From Chitinophaga pinensis (lineage in GTDB: Bacteria; Bacteroidota; Ignavibacteria; Kapaibacteriales; Kapaibacteriaceae): a DNA stretch of 64,000 bases. The DNA is taken from NCBI GenBank assembly GCA_943372295.1, contig CALRYC010000003.1:50675-114674 (forward strand). The letters run 5' to 3'. Positions 20,242 through 29,614 of this stretch are shown here, piece after piece. The position numbers and the translations under genes are program-made. How positions within the stretch are numbered: the stretch's first letter is position 1; the number at the start of each line of letters is the position of its first letter. The notes under the pieces are model-generated. The model saw nothing but the letters and a program-made list of their open reading frames with translations. It was not told where the DNA came from and ran no database searches.

Positions 20242-20294
20242 TGAGAGGTGGTAAGTTTGCTAGTATGTTATTCTCGAACTACAAACCTACTGCT

Positions 20295-21305
20295 ATGGAA
20301 ACAATCAACCTTCTTGAAGAACTGATTTCGATCGATTCGCCCACGGGATACACGCACATGGCGGCCGATATGATCGAACGGGTTCTGCGATCTTTCGGAT
20401 TCGCTCCCGTTCGTACAAAAAAGGGAGCTGTGCGATGCTCGCTCGGACCCCAGCCGCGCATAGGGTTTGCCGCACATACCGATACACTGGGTGCTATAGT
20501 GTCGGGGATCAACGCGAACGGAACACTTCGCCTGTCCCTTTTGGGTGGACCACTGCTTCCAAGCTTTGAAGGGGGCTATGTGCGTATCCACACATTGGAT
20601 AACCGTGTGTATACCGGCACGTTGCTTCTCAATGACCCTTCCACACACGCCAACAACACTGCCGCTACAAAAGAACGTACGACATCGGTGATGCACATTC
20701 GCATTGATGAGCCGGTGAGTAAACTCGAGGATGTTCGCGCGCTCGGGATCCGCACGGGCGACATCATAGCGTTCGACCCAAAGTTTCAGCTTCTCGACAA
20801 CGGATACGTCAAAAGTCACTTTCTTGATAATAAGGCCGGCTGTGCGGTGCTGTTCGAGCTAGCTTCCCGTGTCAAAAAGATGGGTCGCCCCGTGCCGGTT
20901 GAACTCTTCTTCTCGACGTATGAAGAGGTCGGACATGGCGGGGCCCCTTCGCTCTCGGATACGATCGACGACCTTATCGTGATCGATATGGGAGTGGTAG
21001 GAGATTCATTGGAAGGCAACGAGCGGTTGTGTTCGATCTGTGCGAAAGATTCCAGCGGACCATATGATTATCACGTCAGGTCAATGCTCGTGCGCTTAGC
21101 TGAATCCAACAGCATTCCCCATGCTGTTGATGTTTATCCTTTCTACAGCTCTGACGGTAGTGCTGCCCTACGTGCAGGTGCTGACGTGCGTGTAGGTCTG
21201 ATCGGTCCGGGGGTGGGTGCCTCGCACGGCATGGAGCGTACACACGTAGAAGGAATCACGGCCACGGTCGACCTCTGCATGGCATACATAGCTCAAAACG
21301 GGTAG
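20295..21305 (+). CDS. M42 family metallopeptidase (glutamyl aminopeptidase / FrvX type)
   Basis: Internal ATG (METINLLEELISIDSPTGYT) avoids overlap with the divergent M16 gene. AHTDTLG, FLDNKAG and YEEVGHGG motifs. Confidence 0.8.
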   Translation: METINLLEELISIDSPTGYTHMAADMIERVLRSFGFAPVRTKKGAVRCSLGPQPRIGFAAHTDTLGAIVSGINANGTLRLSLLGGPLLPSFEGGYVRIHTLDNRVYTGTLLLNDPSTHANNTAATKERTTSVMHIRIDEPVSKLEDVRALGIRTGDIIAFDPKFQLLDNGYVKSHFLDNKAGCAVLFELASRVKKMGRPVPVELFFSTYEEVGHGGAPSLSDTIDDLIVIDMGVVGDSLEGNERLCSICAKDSSGPYDYHVRSMLVRLAESNSIPHAVDVYPFYSSDGSAALRAGADVRVGLIGPGVGASHGMERTHVEGITATVDLCMAYIAQNG

Positions 21306-21788
21306 CTGCCACGCTATCCACCAGGTCATACACCGGTTGTTCACAATTCACACTGTGTGGAATGCTGTATGTAATGGACTTAGAGAGATCGGTAAAAAGC
21401 AAGCCCAAATGTCCTATGCGATTTCAACGATGAGGGGTTTTGTTGGTGGGTAAATCGCGGAGATCTTTTGTTTCATTCAAGGGTATGTGGAAAGCAAGCG
21501 CGAGATGTTCGGGTGTTGTTCTTCTCACTCCAAACCTAAGGAGGGGTTGTCCCCTCCGACCAGCACATCAAAGCGGGTGTAAATGGGTGGTAACAAGCCC
21601 GTAAAATGGGAGTGTTAGAGGAGCGCAAGCAGAGAGTATCCACGTTGTCCACACGATTCTATGATCATATATTCTTCTTCTCTTCTTCCAAGAAAAAACA
21701 ATAGAGTATTGATATGTCGATGTGGGGAGAATTGGAAACCTCGATCATTCTGTTGAGATTCGAACCTCATCTGACCCTTCATTCTACT
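21306..21788. other. 483-bp non-coding gap between convergent genes; candidate replication origin or unrecognised ncRNA
   Basis: No ORF of 60 aa or more on any frame. Visibly lower GC than the flanks. DnaA-box-like words, an AT-rich tract at 21661-21720, and a GGAGGGG-TTGT-CCCCTCC hairpin at 21539-21556. Confidence 0.4.
21636..21653 (+). promoter_or_regulatory. Two abutting DnaA-box-like 9-mers (GTATCCACG TTGTCCACA)
   Basis: 7/9 and 8/9 matches to TTATCCACA. Located directly upstream of the AT-rich tract. Confidence 0.35.
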
Positions 21789-23051
21789 TTAGATCGAATC
21801 GAAACCGCAATACGGACGCAGACACTCTGGCACGATGATTCTTCCCTCTTCAGTTTGGTATTGCTCAAGCACCGCAACCATGATACGTGACGTCGCAAGA
21901 CCACTCCCGTTGAGTGTGTGAACGAAGTCGAGCTTGCCTGTTTCTTCCACACGGAAGCGGATGTTCGAACGACGTGCCTGGAAGGATTCGAAGTTGGTGC
22001 AAGAACTCACCTCTAGCCATTTCTGCTCCACGGGTGACCATACTTCGAGATCGTAGGTCTTGGATCCACCGAAGGTCATGTCCCCGGTGCAGAGCAGAAG
22101 AACGCGATAGGTGAGTCCGAGGCGCTGAAGAAGAAGCTCGACGTTTCCTACGAGGGACTCCAGCTCATCGTAGGAATCCTCCGGTCGGACGAATTTTACG
22201 AGTTCGACCTTGTTGAATTGGTGAACTCGAAGAAAGCCTCTGGTATCCTTACCGTGACTTCCAGCTTCACGACGAAAGCAAGCCGAGTACCCGGCGTAAT
22301 GGATCGGGAGCTGGTCTGTTGGAATGATCTCATCACGATGGTAGTTCGTGATCGGTACCTCGGCGGTTGGAATTAGATACAGGTCGTCACGCTCTGCATG
22401 GTACATATCCTCCTGCGACTTTGGCAGCTGTCCGGTGCCTCGACAAGAATCAGCATTCACAACAAATGGGGGAATGATCTCCGTGTACCCCGACTCACCG
22501 GTGTTCGTATCCAGAAAGAAGTTGATCAGCGCCCGTTCCAGTCGAGCCCCTTTTCCAATGTAGAAGCCAAAACCTGAACCCGTCACCTTCGCCCCGCGTT
22601 CAAAATCCAGGATGCCGAGCTTCTGCGAAATGGCGATATGATCAACGCGATCCCCACGTTCGGCGCAATCTCCAACCCGTCGAACTTCCACGTTTTCGTC
22701 AGCCGTAGCGCCCACCGGAACACTTTCATGGGCGACGTTTGGAATGAGGAGCATGATACTCTCGATATCCGCATCAACGTTCCGCAACTCCTCGTCATAT
22801 CCTTTGATACGGTCACCAACCTCTCTCATCGAGGTTATCTTTTCCGTAGCGTCCTGACCCTGCTTCTTGAGCAGGGAGATTTCGTTTGACACAACGTTGC
22901 GGGTATTCTTAAGCTCTTCGACCGTTTGAATGATCGTTCGACGCTGTAGATCGAGCTCAAGCAGACGGGTAACGTCGCTTTTGTCATTCTTGTTGGAACA
23001 GTTACGACGGACGGCGTCGGGATTTTCGCGGATGTATTTTATGTCGAGCAT
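21789..23051 (-). CDS. serS: Seryl-tRNA synthetase
   Basis: MLDIKYIRENPD N-terminus (second ATG of the ORF). Class II aaRS motifs (FRREAGS, GSGLATSR). Confidence 0.93.
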   Translation of the reverse strand: MLDIKYIRENPDAVRRNCSNKNDKSDVTRLLELDLQRRTIIQTVEELKNTRNVVSNEISLLKKQGQDATEKITSMREVGDRIKGYDEELRNVDADIESIMLLIPNVAHESVPVGATADENVEVRRVGDCAERGDRVDHIAISQKLGILDFERGAKVTGSGFGFYIGKGARLERALINFFLDTNTGESGYTEIIPPFVVNADSCRGTGQLPKSQEDMYHAERDDLYLIPTAEVPITNYHRDEIIPTDQLPIHYAGYSACFRREAGSHGKDTRGFLRVHQFNKVELVKFVRPEDSYDELESLVGNVELLLQRLGLTYRVLLLCTGDMTFGGSKTYDLEVWSPVEQKWLEVSSCTNFESFQARRSNIRFRVEETGKLDFVHTLNGSGLATSRIMVAVLEQYQTEEGRIIVPECLRPYCGFDSI

Positions 23052-23155
23052 AATGCAAATTAACATCCCCCTCGCGTCCCTGAAATGAACCTGTTACCTT
23101 GACCGTCTTTTGCGGTTCTTGCGCAGACCATCACAACCACTCCAACGCATCGACC

Positions 23156-25609
23156 ATGAACCCCTTCAATACTCGGTTCTTCTCACTCTTCACGTTCCTC
23201 TGTTTTGCGTTACCGATCGCGGCGCAGATTATCCCTCCCGTGACCATCAGAGCGAGCACGTCACCAGGACCCGGCGCACTCTATCTGGCTCCCAACAGCC
23301 GACTTGCAAACCCTCCTTTTGCTCCCTCCGTGCTGATCGTCGGAAATGATGGTAAACCCCTTGCCTCACGAATTCTCAAGGAATATGCGTTTGACTTTCG
23401 CGTTCTTCCGGACGGGCGTATGGGGTATAGCATCTTTCAATCGGCGGGAACCGGACCACGCGAGTCATCCAGTATCTATCTCGTTGACACTACCCTGAAC
23501 ACCGTCGACTCGCTATCCGGAGCGAACGGATACAATCTTGCCATGCATGGATTCCTGGTTCTTCCGAATGGAAACCGTGTGGTGATCATGCAGGAGAACG
23601 TCACCATCGACATGCGCTCGATCGTCCCCGGTGGTCACCCCGCAGCATCCGTCCAGCAGATGCTCCTTCAGGAGATCGACATCAATGGTCGTATCGTGTT
23701 CCAGTGGAGGTCGCTCGATCACTTTCCCGTTACGGTCTCATACGAAGATCTCACAGCCCCTTCCATTCGCTATTTCCACCTCAATTCCGTAGAGATCGAC
23801 CGTGATGGGCACTTTCTGATCAGCGCCCGACATGCCTCGCTCGTAGCGAAGATTCACCGTAAGACCGGTCAGGTTCTGTGGATCCTGGGCGGAAAGCTTA
23901 ATCAGTTCACCTTCGAGAACGGTCTCGGTAACGCAGACCCCTCGGAGTTTTCCTATCAGCACGATGCACGCCGACTCCCCAATGGGAACATCTCGGTTTT
24001 TGATAACGGAACGCAGAGAACACCACAATGGTCAAGGGGCGTAGAGTACGAGATCAACGAAGACAAGAAGACCTGCAAGCTGGTTTGGCAGTATCGCAAG
24101 ACCCCGGATCTCTATGCAGGCGTACAAGGCTCGATGCAGACTCTTAGCAACGGCAATCGTGTAATCGCCTGGGGATCTGCACTTTCGAGTAACCGCACCC
24201 TTGTGACCGAGGCTGCCTCCAACGGCGATGTTGTATTCGAAGCAGAGCTCCCCAGTATGATGTTTCCCTATAAGGCCGAACGTCATCCCTTTCCTACCGG
24301 TAGGTATGCAGCAGATGTGCTGATCGATGAGATCCTCCCAACGAACACCTACGTCTATACCCGTGGCGCTGATACGGTTGGCGTATCGATCACATATCAC
24401 ACGCTGATCTCGTTCTTTTACAACACCACCACAGCAAGAAGATACATGTGGTCACCCGTGAACCCCCGGTTTGTTAGTGGTAAGCGCCCGTCTACCGTTG
24501 CCGTTGCCGCGCCGAGGACGATCTATCAGTCACGCATGACCATCACACAGGAAGGGATGGAGAGTCATGGCGCGGAGTTTCGTTTTAACGTTGACCGGTT
24601 CGGCATATCGGATCCGTTCAACACCACGGTGTACTACCGCGACACAATAGGGAAGGGGGCTTTCTATCCGCTGCCTACACGATTCAACCCAAACACACGT
24701 GAACTTGTAGTCGATACGGCGCAGGTAGGGGAGTTCTGTTTTGGAAGTCTTCTCGTCCCTGAATCACAGGTACGTACCCCTCGCCCCCTGTCTCCAATTG
24801 CCGGTGTTAGAGTCTCCGACGCTGACCCCGTGACATTCCGCGTTTCACCCCAGGGTGCGCATTCTCGATTGCGGTATGTGCTGACAAACGGTGCCGGTCA
24901 AAAGGTACTCGACACCCTTGTCACGCGTGACAGGTTCGTCACACTCCAGCCACTTTCCCCGGGACGCTACACGTGGAACACGCAGGCGGTTCTTACCTCA
25001 CCGCAGGGTGTCGAAACAGGTCGGTCGGATCTCTCTTCTGCAGACAGCTTCGAAGTAGCAGGACCGTTTCTGTCGATCAATGGGGTCGATTCTGAGCGGG
25101 TATGGGTAAGGGATGTGGCCTATCCCATTACGTGGACAACCAACCTTACCGGCAATGTCAGGATTGATCTAGTCAATGCAACGGGCGTGGTAGCAACGGT
25201 CAGCGATAGTGTTCGTGCTCCATTCCAGGGCATCCTCTGGCGCGTACCCGTAAGTGTCCCGACCGGCACCGGCTATGGTCTGCGGTTTACATCTCTGGCA
25301 GCCGGCTCAAGCCTGACCGAGGAATCGTCCCGCGTGATCACGATCGACCAGGGAACATCGGTTACTGAGGCCTGGGAGCAGGATGTCACTATCGGACCCA
25401 ACCCGGCCTCCGGCAGCGTTCTGGTAGGGGGCGGCGTGGAGCTTAACCACATCTACATCTTCGACAATCACGGTTCTCTGCGTTCATCCGTGACTGTTCT
25501 AGGCACAGGCACGAGGCTGGACGTCTCTGAGCTTCCCATTGGTCTCTATCACCTGGTGATTCGCTCACATAAAGGTCAGACGACGCGTTCGCTCATCATC
25601 GAACGTTAA
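23156..25609 (+). CDS. Arylsulfotransferase-like (ASST / Arylsulfotran_2) beta-propeller protein with a Kre9/KNH-like module and a T9SS C-terminal sorting domain
   Basis: Signal peptide at an internal ATG. YQHDARRLPNGNISVFDNGT. VAYPITWTTNLTGNVRIDL. Tail GPNPASG...LPIGLYHLVI. Confidence 0.7.
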   Translation: MNPFNTRFFSLFTFLCFALPIAAQIIPPVTIRASTSPGPGALYLAPNSRLANPPFAPSVLIVGNDGKPLASRILKEYAFDFRVLPDGRMGYSIFQSAGTGPRESSSIYLVDTTLNTVDSLSGANGYNLAMHGFLVLPNGNRVVIMQENVTIDMRSIVPGGHPAASVQQMLLQEIDINGRIVFQWRSLDHFPVTVSYEDLTAPSIRYFHLNSVEIDRDGHFLISARHASLVAKIHRKTGQVLWILGGKLNQFTFENGLGNADPSEFSYQHDARRLPNGNISVFDNGTQRTPQWSRGVEYEINEDKKTCKLVWQYRKTPDLYAGVQGSMQTLSNGNRVIAWGSALSSNRTLVTEAASNGDVVFEAELPSMMFPYKAERHPFPTGRYAADVLIDEILPTNTYVYTRGADTVGVSITYHTLISFFYNTTTARRYMWSPVNPRFVSGKRPSTVAVAAPRTIYQSRMTITQEGMESHGAEFRFNVDRFGISDPFNTTVYYRDTIGKGAFYPLPTRFNPNTRELVVDTAQVGEFCFGSLLVPESQVRTPRPLSPIAGVRVSDADPVTFRVSPQGAHSRLRYVLTNGAGQKVLDTLVTRDRFVTLQPLSPGRYTWNTQAVLTSPQGVETGRSDLSSADSFEVAGPFLSINGVDSERVWVRDVAYPITWTTNLTGNVRIDLVNATGVVATVSDSVRAPFQGILWRVPVSVPTGTGYGLRFTSLAAGSSLTEESSRVITIDQGTSVTEAWEQDVTIGPNPASGSVLVGGGVELNHIYIFDNHGSLRSSVTVLGTGTRLDVSELPIGLYHLVIRSHKGQTTRSLIIER

Positions 25610-25618
25610 ATTAACCTG

Positions 25619-27478
25619 CTAACGCAGGTACAACGCCAGGATAGATACATCTGACGCCGAAACTCCGGGAATGCGAGAAGCCTGACCCAATGATGATGGA
25701 CGTATCCGTGAGAGTTTCACGCGACCTTCAGTTGAGAGACTCTGCACCTTATCGTAACTGAAGGTCTCGGGGATCATCATCGATTCCTGCTGTCGGAATC
25801 GCTCGATTTCTTTGTGGAGTTTCTCAATGTATCCCTCGTATCGGATGGCCGTGTCTACACGGTGGATCACGTCGGGGTGTTCGTTGTAGACACCCGCATC
25901 CGCTACGTCGGCTTTCAGTTCAAGTACACGTGAGAGGTTTACGTTCGGTCGCCGGATGATCGTCCTTATGGTTGTCGTCTCAACAATACCCACTTCGTTG
26001 GCCTCATGAAGGATCGGTTCGGCCTCCCGTGGTGTGATCTTCGTTGTATGTGTGATGCCTTCTAGTCGCTCTTCCAGTTGCTCCTTACGCGTGATCATTT
26101 TCCACGTGGTATCATTGATCAGCCCAAGTGAGCGGCCAAATCTGGACAGTCGTGAATATCCCGTGTCGATGCGCAGAAGTAAGCGGTACTCGGCCAGCGA
26201 CGTAAAGATTCGATAGGGCTCTTCGGTGTTCTTGTTCACGAGGTCATCAATCATCACACCGATGTAGGCCTCCGAGCGTTTCAAACTGAATGTACCTTCG
26301 CTCCGCACAGATAATGCCGCGTTGATGCCCGCCACCAGCCCTTGTGCCGCAGCTTCTTCGTATCCGGAAGTGCCGTTTATCTGACCGGCGAAGAAGAGCC
26401 CCTTGATTGCCTTTGTCTCCAGACCAAACGTCAGCTGATACGGAAAGAAGAAGTCGTACTCCACCGCATAACCATGACGAAGTATCCTCGCGTTCTCAAG
26501 ACCCTTTATGCTTCGAAGACCACGCTCCTGAATTTCAACTGGTAAACTAGTTGAGAATCCGTTGACATAGACGGTGTTTGTGCTGAGCCCTTCAGGTTCG
26601 AGGACGATGGTGTGTGACGCCTTGTCAGAGAACCGATCTACCTTGTCCTCGATCGATGGACAATACCGAGGTCCGGCACCCTTGATCCGTCCGGTAAACA
26701 TTGGAGAGCGGGAGAACCCTTCCCGGAGAATGTCATGTGTCTGTTCTGATGTGGAAGTGGCAAAGCATGCCAGTCTGTTTCGAACCTGACGCGTATGAAT
26801 GGAGAAGGGGCGGGGTGCTTCATCTCCGTCGTGAAGTTCCATATTCGACAGGTTTATCGAAGCTATGTCCACCCTCGGCGGCGTCCCGGTTTTGAGTCGA
26901 CCTTTTTCCAGACCATGGCTAGCCAGGAGATCCGCGATCTTCTCTGAGGCTCGTTCTCCAACACGTCCACCAGCCGTGCACATCTCCCCGGTCCACATCG
27001 CACCGTTGAGAAACGTCCCGGAACATAGAATGACCGTGGAAGCCGTCAACTCCTCGTTATCAGCAGTCCTTATACCGTGAACCTGAGCATTACGAACAAG
27101 GATCTCTATGGCAGTTTGGGCAACCAAGGTGATCCCTGGGTGCTGACGAAGCAGATGCTGTGCGAAGGTGGGGTAGAGGTCTTTGTCGTTCTGTGACCGG
27201 GGTGACCAGACGGCCGGACCCTTGGAGGTGTTCAGGAGTTTGAACTGAATGCCGCTGGCGTCGGCAATGCGGGGCATAACGCCCCCTAATGCATCTATCT
27301 CAATGGCCAGGTGACCCTTTGCACTTCCACCGATTGATGGGTTGCACGATAGTCGTCCGATGGTCCTTGGGTCCATCGACAGCAATCCAACACGCATACC
27401 CATCTTGGCGGCCGCGCATGAGGCTTCTATTCCTGCATGGCCACCACCGATGACCAAAACGTCAAAAAGGGGCTTCAT
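25619..27478 (-). CDS. mnmG: tRNA uridine-5-carboxymethylaminomethyl modification enzyme MnmG (GidA)
   Basis: FDVLVIGGGHAGIEA FAD motif and full-length GidA conservation. Confidence 0.95.
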   Translation of the reverse strand: MKPLFDVLVIGGGHAGIEASCAAAKMGMRVGLLSMDPRTIGRLSCNPSIGGSAKGHLAIEIDALGGVMPRIADASGIQFKLLNTSKGPAVWSPRSQNDKDLYPTFAQHLLRQHPGITLVAQTAIEILVRNAQVHGIRTADNEELTASTVILCSGTFLNGAMWTGEMCTAGGRVGERASEKIADLLASHGLEKGRLKTGTPPRVDIASINLSNMELHDGDEAPRPFSIHTRQVRNRLACFATSTSEQTHDILREGFSRSPMFTGRIKGAGPRYCPSIEDKVDRFSDKASHTIVLEPEGLSTNTVYVNGFSTSLPVEIQERGLRSIKGLENARILRHGYAVEYDFFFPYQLTFGLETKAIKGLFFAGQINGTSGYEEAAAQGLVAGINAALSVRSEGTFSLKRSEAYIGVMIDDLVNKNTEEPYRIFTSLAEYRLLLRIDTGYSRLSRFGRSLGLINDTTWKMITRKEQLEERLEGITHTTKITPREAEPILHEANEVGIVETTTIRTIIRRPNVNLSRVLELKADVADAGVYNEHPDVIHRVDTAIRYEGYIEKLHKEIERFRQQESMMIPETFSYDKVQSLSTEGRVKLSRIRPSSLGQASRIPGVSASDVSILALYLR

Positions 27479-27550
27479 AGGTGTGTCTATTTCTGTGCTC
27501 TAGAGAGCTTTCGGACGCTAACAGCAGGAAAACTACTGTTTTGAGAAAAC

Positions 27551-27564
27551 GTTCCACGTGGAAC
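27551..27564. promoter_or_regulatory. Perfect 14-bp palindrome GTTCCACGTGGAAC (candidate operator)
   Basis: Self-complementary. Located 73 nt upstream of the mnmG start. Confidence 0.4.
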
Positions 27565-27607
27565 AATGCCAATCGTCAGTTTCCAAATCACAGCAAAGAC
27601 AAAAGGT

Positions 27608-27621
27608 GTTTCACGTGGAAC
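27608..27621. promoter_or_regulatory. Near-perfect palindrome GTTTCACGTGGAAC (second copy of the candidate operator)
   Basis: 13/14 identical to the first copy. Centres are 57 bp apart. Abuts the GNAT stop codon. Confidence 0.35.
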
Positions 27622-27622
27622 A

Positions 27623-28150
27623 CTACTTCAAGAACTTGACCATATGGTACTCGTCCACGTAAGAACTATCGATCTTCATCGCATGGAGCTCCGTTCCAAA
27701 CACCGTGAAGCCAAGTCGGAGATACAATCCATATGAGGCCTCGTTCTGGGTACTGACCGCCAGCTGGACCTGCTCGATATCTAGAACCTTATGGGCAGTG
27801 TCCAGTACGAACTGTATCAGTAGGGTGGCAAGCCCCTTTCCGCGGAAGGGGGGGCGAACGAAAAGACCCCATATGTGACCTTTATGTCGGATCTTGGGCT
27901 GAGATTCACTAGAAAAACCGATCATCCCGACAAGTTCACCTTGATCCGTAAAGGCCCCGAGAATGAACTGATAGGGGAAGTTCATGTACTTCTCGAACCG
28001 CTGCTCCTTGGATAGGATTGACAGGCTTTCAAACCATTCATAGTCGGAACCGAAGACTTCCGGTGATTGCAGAAGCGCCTGGCGTTGGATATCGAGGAAC
28101 GGCGAAAAGTCGACGATTTCGAGTGGTCGAATGCTCAGTTCAGGCACCAT
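27623..28150 (-). CDS. GNAT family N-acetyltransferase
   Basis: RGKGLATLLIQFVLD acetyl-CoA binding motif. Confidence 0.8.
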   Translation of the reverse strand: MVPELSIRPLEIVDFSPFLDIQRQALLQSPEVFGSDYEWFESLSILSKEQRFEKYMNFPYQFILGAFTDQGELVGMIGFSSESQPKIRHKGHIWGLFVRPPFRGKGLATLLIQFVLDTAHKVLDIEQVQLAVSTQNEASYGLYLRLGFTVFGTELHAMKIDSSYVDEYHMVKFLK

Positions 28151-28153
28151 TGT

Positions 28154-29515
28154 TCATTTCCCTATGCAGAAACGCGAAAAAACTGTTTCGAGAACGTCCG
28201 GATTCCATGTTTCCCCGGTGATCTCACCCAGAAGGCGGATGGCTGTGCGGAGATCCACGGCGAGTTCGTCGCTCGAAGCGCGACGGTCAATTCCGGAAAG
28301 GACTGCCCGTAGGCAGTCTGCTATTGCCATCAGGAGGGAGGCCTGACGGGCATTGACGAGGACGTCGGTGACGTTCGTGGTGCTGCGGCGAACGTCAGAA
28401 AGAATCGTGCCACGGAGAGAATCAATCCCTGCGCCAGTTTTTGCAGAGCAGACAAGAGCATCTAATGACTGTGTATCGGCTTCCAAAACTATGTCGCTCT
28501 TGTTATGGACCAGCAGAATGGGGACACTTGGGAAGCGCTCCTGAAGCTCGGCTAAGAGCGCGTCTGAATGGTGAGCCCCCTGAGAGACGTCGTTCAAAAC
28601 GAGGACAAGATCAGCCTGTTCCATCATGGACGACGTGATTGCAATGCCCTCGAGTTCGATCGAATCTTCGGTTGGGCGTAATCCGGCAGTGTCGACGAGG
28701 TGGACGGTGTATCCGTCCAAGATGAGCGACTCCCTCAGATAATCGCGGGTGGTTCCCGGGACATCGCTCACGATCGCGCGGTTACGGAGCAGGAGCGCGT
28801 TGAACAGTGAGCTCTTTCCGGCATTGGGATAGCCCACCACGGCGATGTGAAAGCCAGATCGGAGTACGCTTGCGGCTTGTGCCGACGACGCTGTGAGAGA
28901 AATCTCGGAGACGATGTCGAAGACACGAGCGCGCAGGTCTGCGCGAGGGACAAACTCAACGTCCTCCTCAGAGAAGTCGAGCTCGAGTTCGATCAGTCCG
29001 ACGATCTCCAGAAGGGCAGTGCGGATTGATTCGAGGCGGCGAGTAAAGCCCCCTGCCAACTGACGAGCAGCAATCTGGGCTCCCCGGTGGGAAGCGGAGT
29101 GGATCATGTCGGCAACGGCTTCGACTTGAACTAGGTCGAGCTTTCGGTTGAGGAATGCCCGACGGGTGAACTCACCCGGGTCGGCCAGCCGGGCACCGGC
29201 CGACAGGAGGTCGGCGATGATGGTATCACAGACAAACACCCCGCCATGACAACCGATCTCCACGACATCTTCGCCCGTGTAGGATCGTGGGCAACGGTAA
29301 ATCATCGTTGTAACAGAATCCACCCGCCGGTCCGACTCGCCCCACCAACCAAAGTGTATCGTATGGTCCGGCGCATCGGCGGTAGAGATGCTACCACGGA
29401 AGAAAGCATCGCAGTATTCAAAAGCACGTGTACCGCTGATGCGGATAACAGCAAGCCCCGCAACACCAGGAGGAGTTGCAAGAGCGCAGATGGTATCGGA
29501 TGAGACAAGACTCAT
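28154..29515 (-). CDS. mnmE: tRNA modification GTPase MnmE (TrmE)
   Basis: Start at an internal ATG (MSLVSSDTICALATPPG). GYPNAGKSSLFN G1 motif. C-terminal CIGK. Confidence 0.93.
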   Translation of the reverse strand: MSLVSSDTICALATPPGVAGLAVIRISGTRAFEYCDAFFRGSISTADAPDHTIHFGWWGESDRRVDSVTTMIYRCPRSYTGEDVVEIGCHGGVFVCDTIIADLLSAGARLADPGEFTRRAFLNRKLDLVQVEAVADMIHSASHRGAQIAARQLAGGFTRRLESIRTALLEIVGLIELELDFSEEDVEFVPRADLRARVFDIVSEISLTASSAQAASVLRSGFHIAVVGYPNAGKSSLFNALLLRNRAIVSDVPGTTRDYLRESLILDGYTVHLVDTAGLRPTEDSIELEGIAITSSMMEQADLVLVLNDVSQGAHHSDALLAELQERFPSVPILLVHNKSDIVLEADTQSLDALVCSAKTGAGIDSLRGTILSDVRRSTTNVTDVLVNARQASLLMAIADCLRAVLSGIDRRASSDELAVDLRTAIRLLGEITGETWNPDVLETVFSRFCIGK

Positions 29516-29614
29516 GCAGGTCGCACAAAATAGCAGACGGCACACGAAATTGGCGGTATGTTGCGCACGCCACATCCGTGGAACAACCGTTAGTATACAT
29601 CTTTACTACACTTC

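Noticed and set aside
21745-21788. tRNA/tmRNA-like T-loop word (GGTTCGAATC on the minus strand) just downstream of serS
   Set aside because: The flanking bases do not form a canonical 5-bp T-stem with a 7-nt loop. There is no room for an acceptor or D/anticodon arm between it and the serS stop, and there is no CCA-proximal acceptor pairing.
21306-21788. RNase P RNA, tmRNA or SRP RNA in the large gap
   Set aside because: I could not find the universal blocks on either strand (GAGGAAAGTCCGGGC and ACAGAACCCGGCTTA for RNase P, a tag ORF plus a tRNA-like 3' end for tmRNA, or the SRP domain IV motif). Only vague resemblances such as GGTAACA and GTAAA were seen. An unrecognised ncRNA remains possible.
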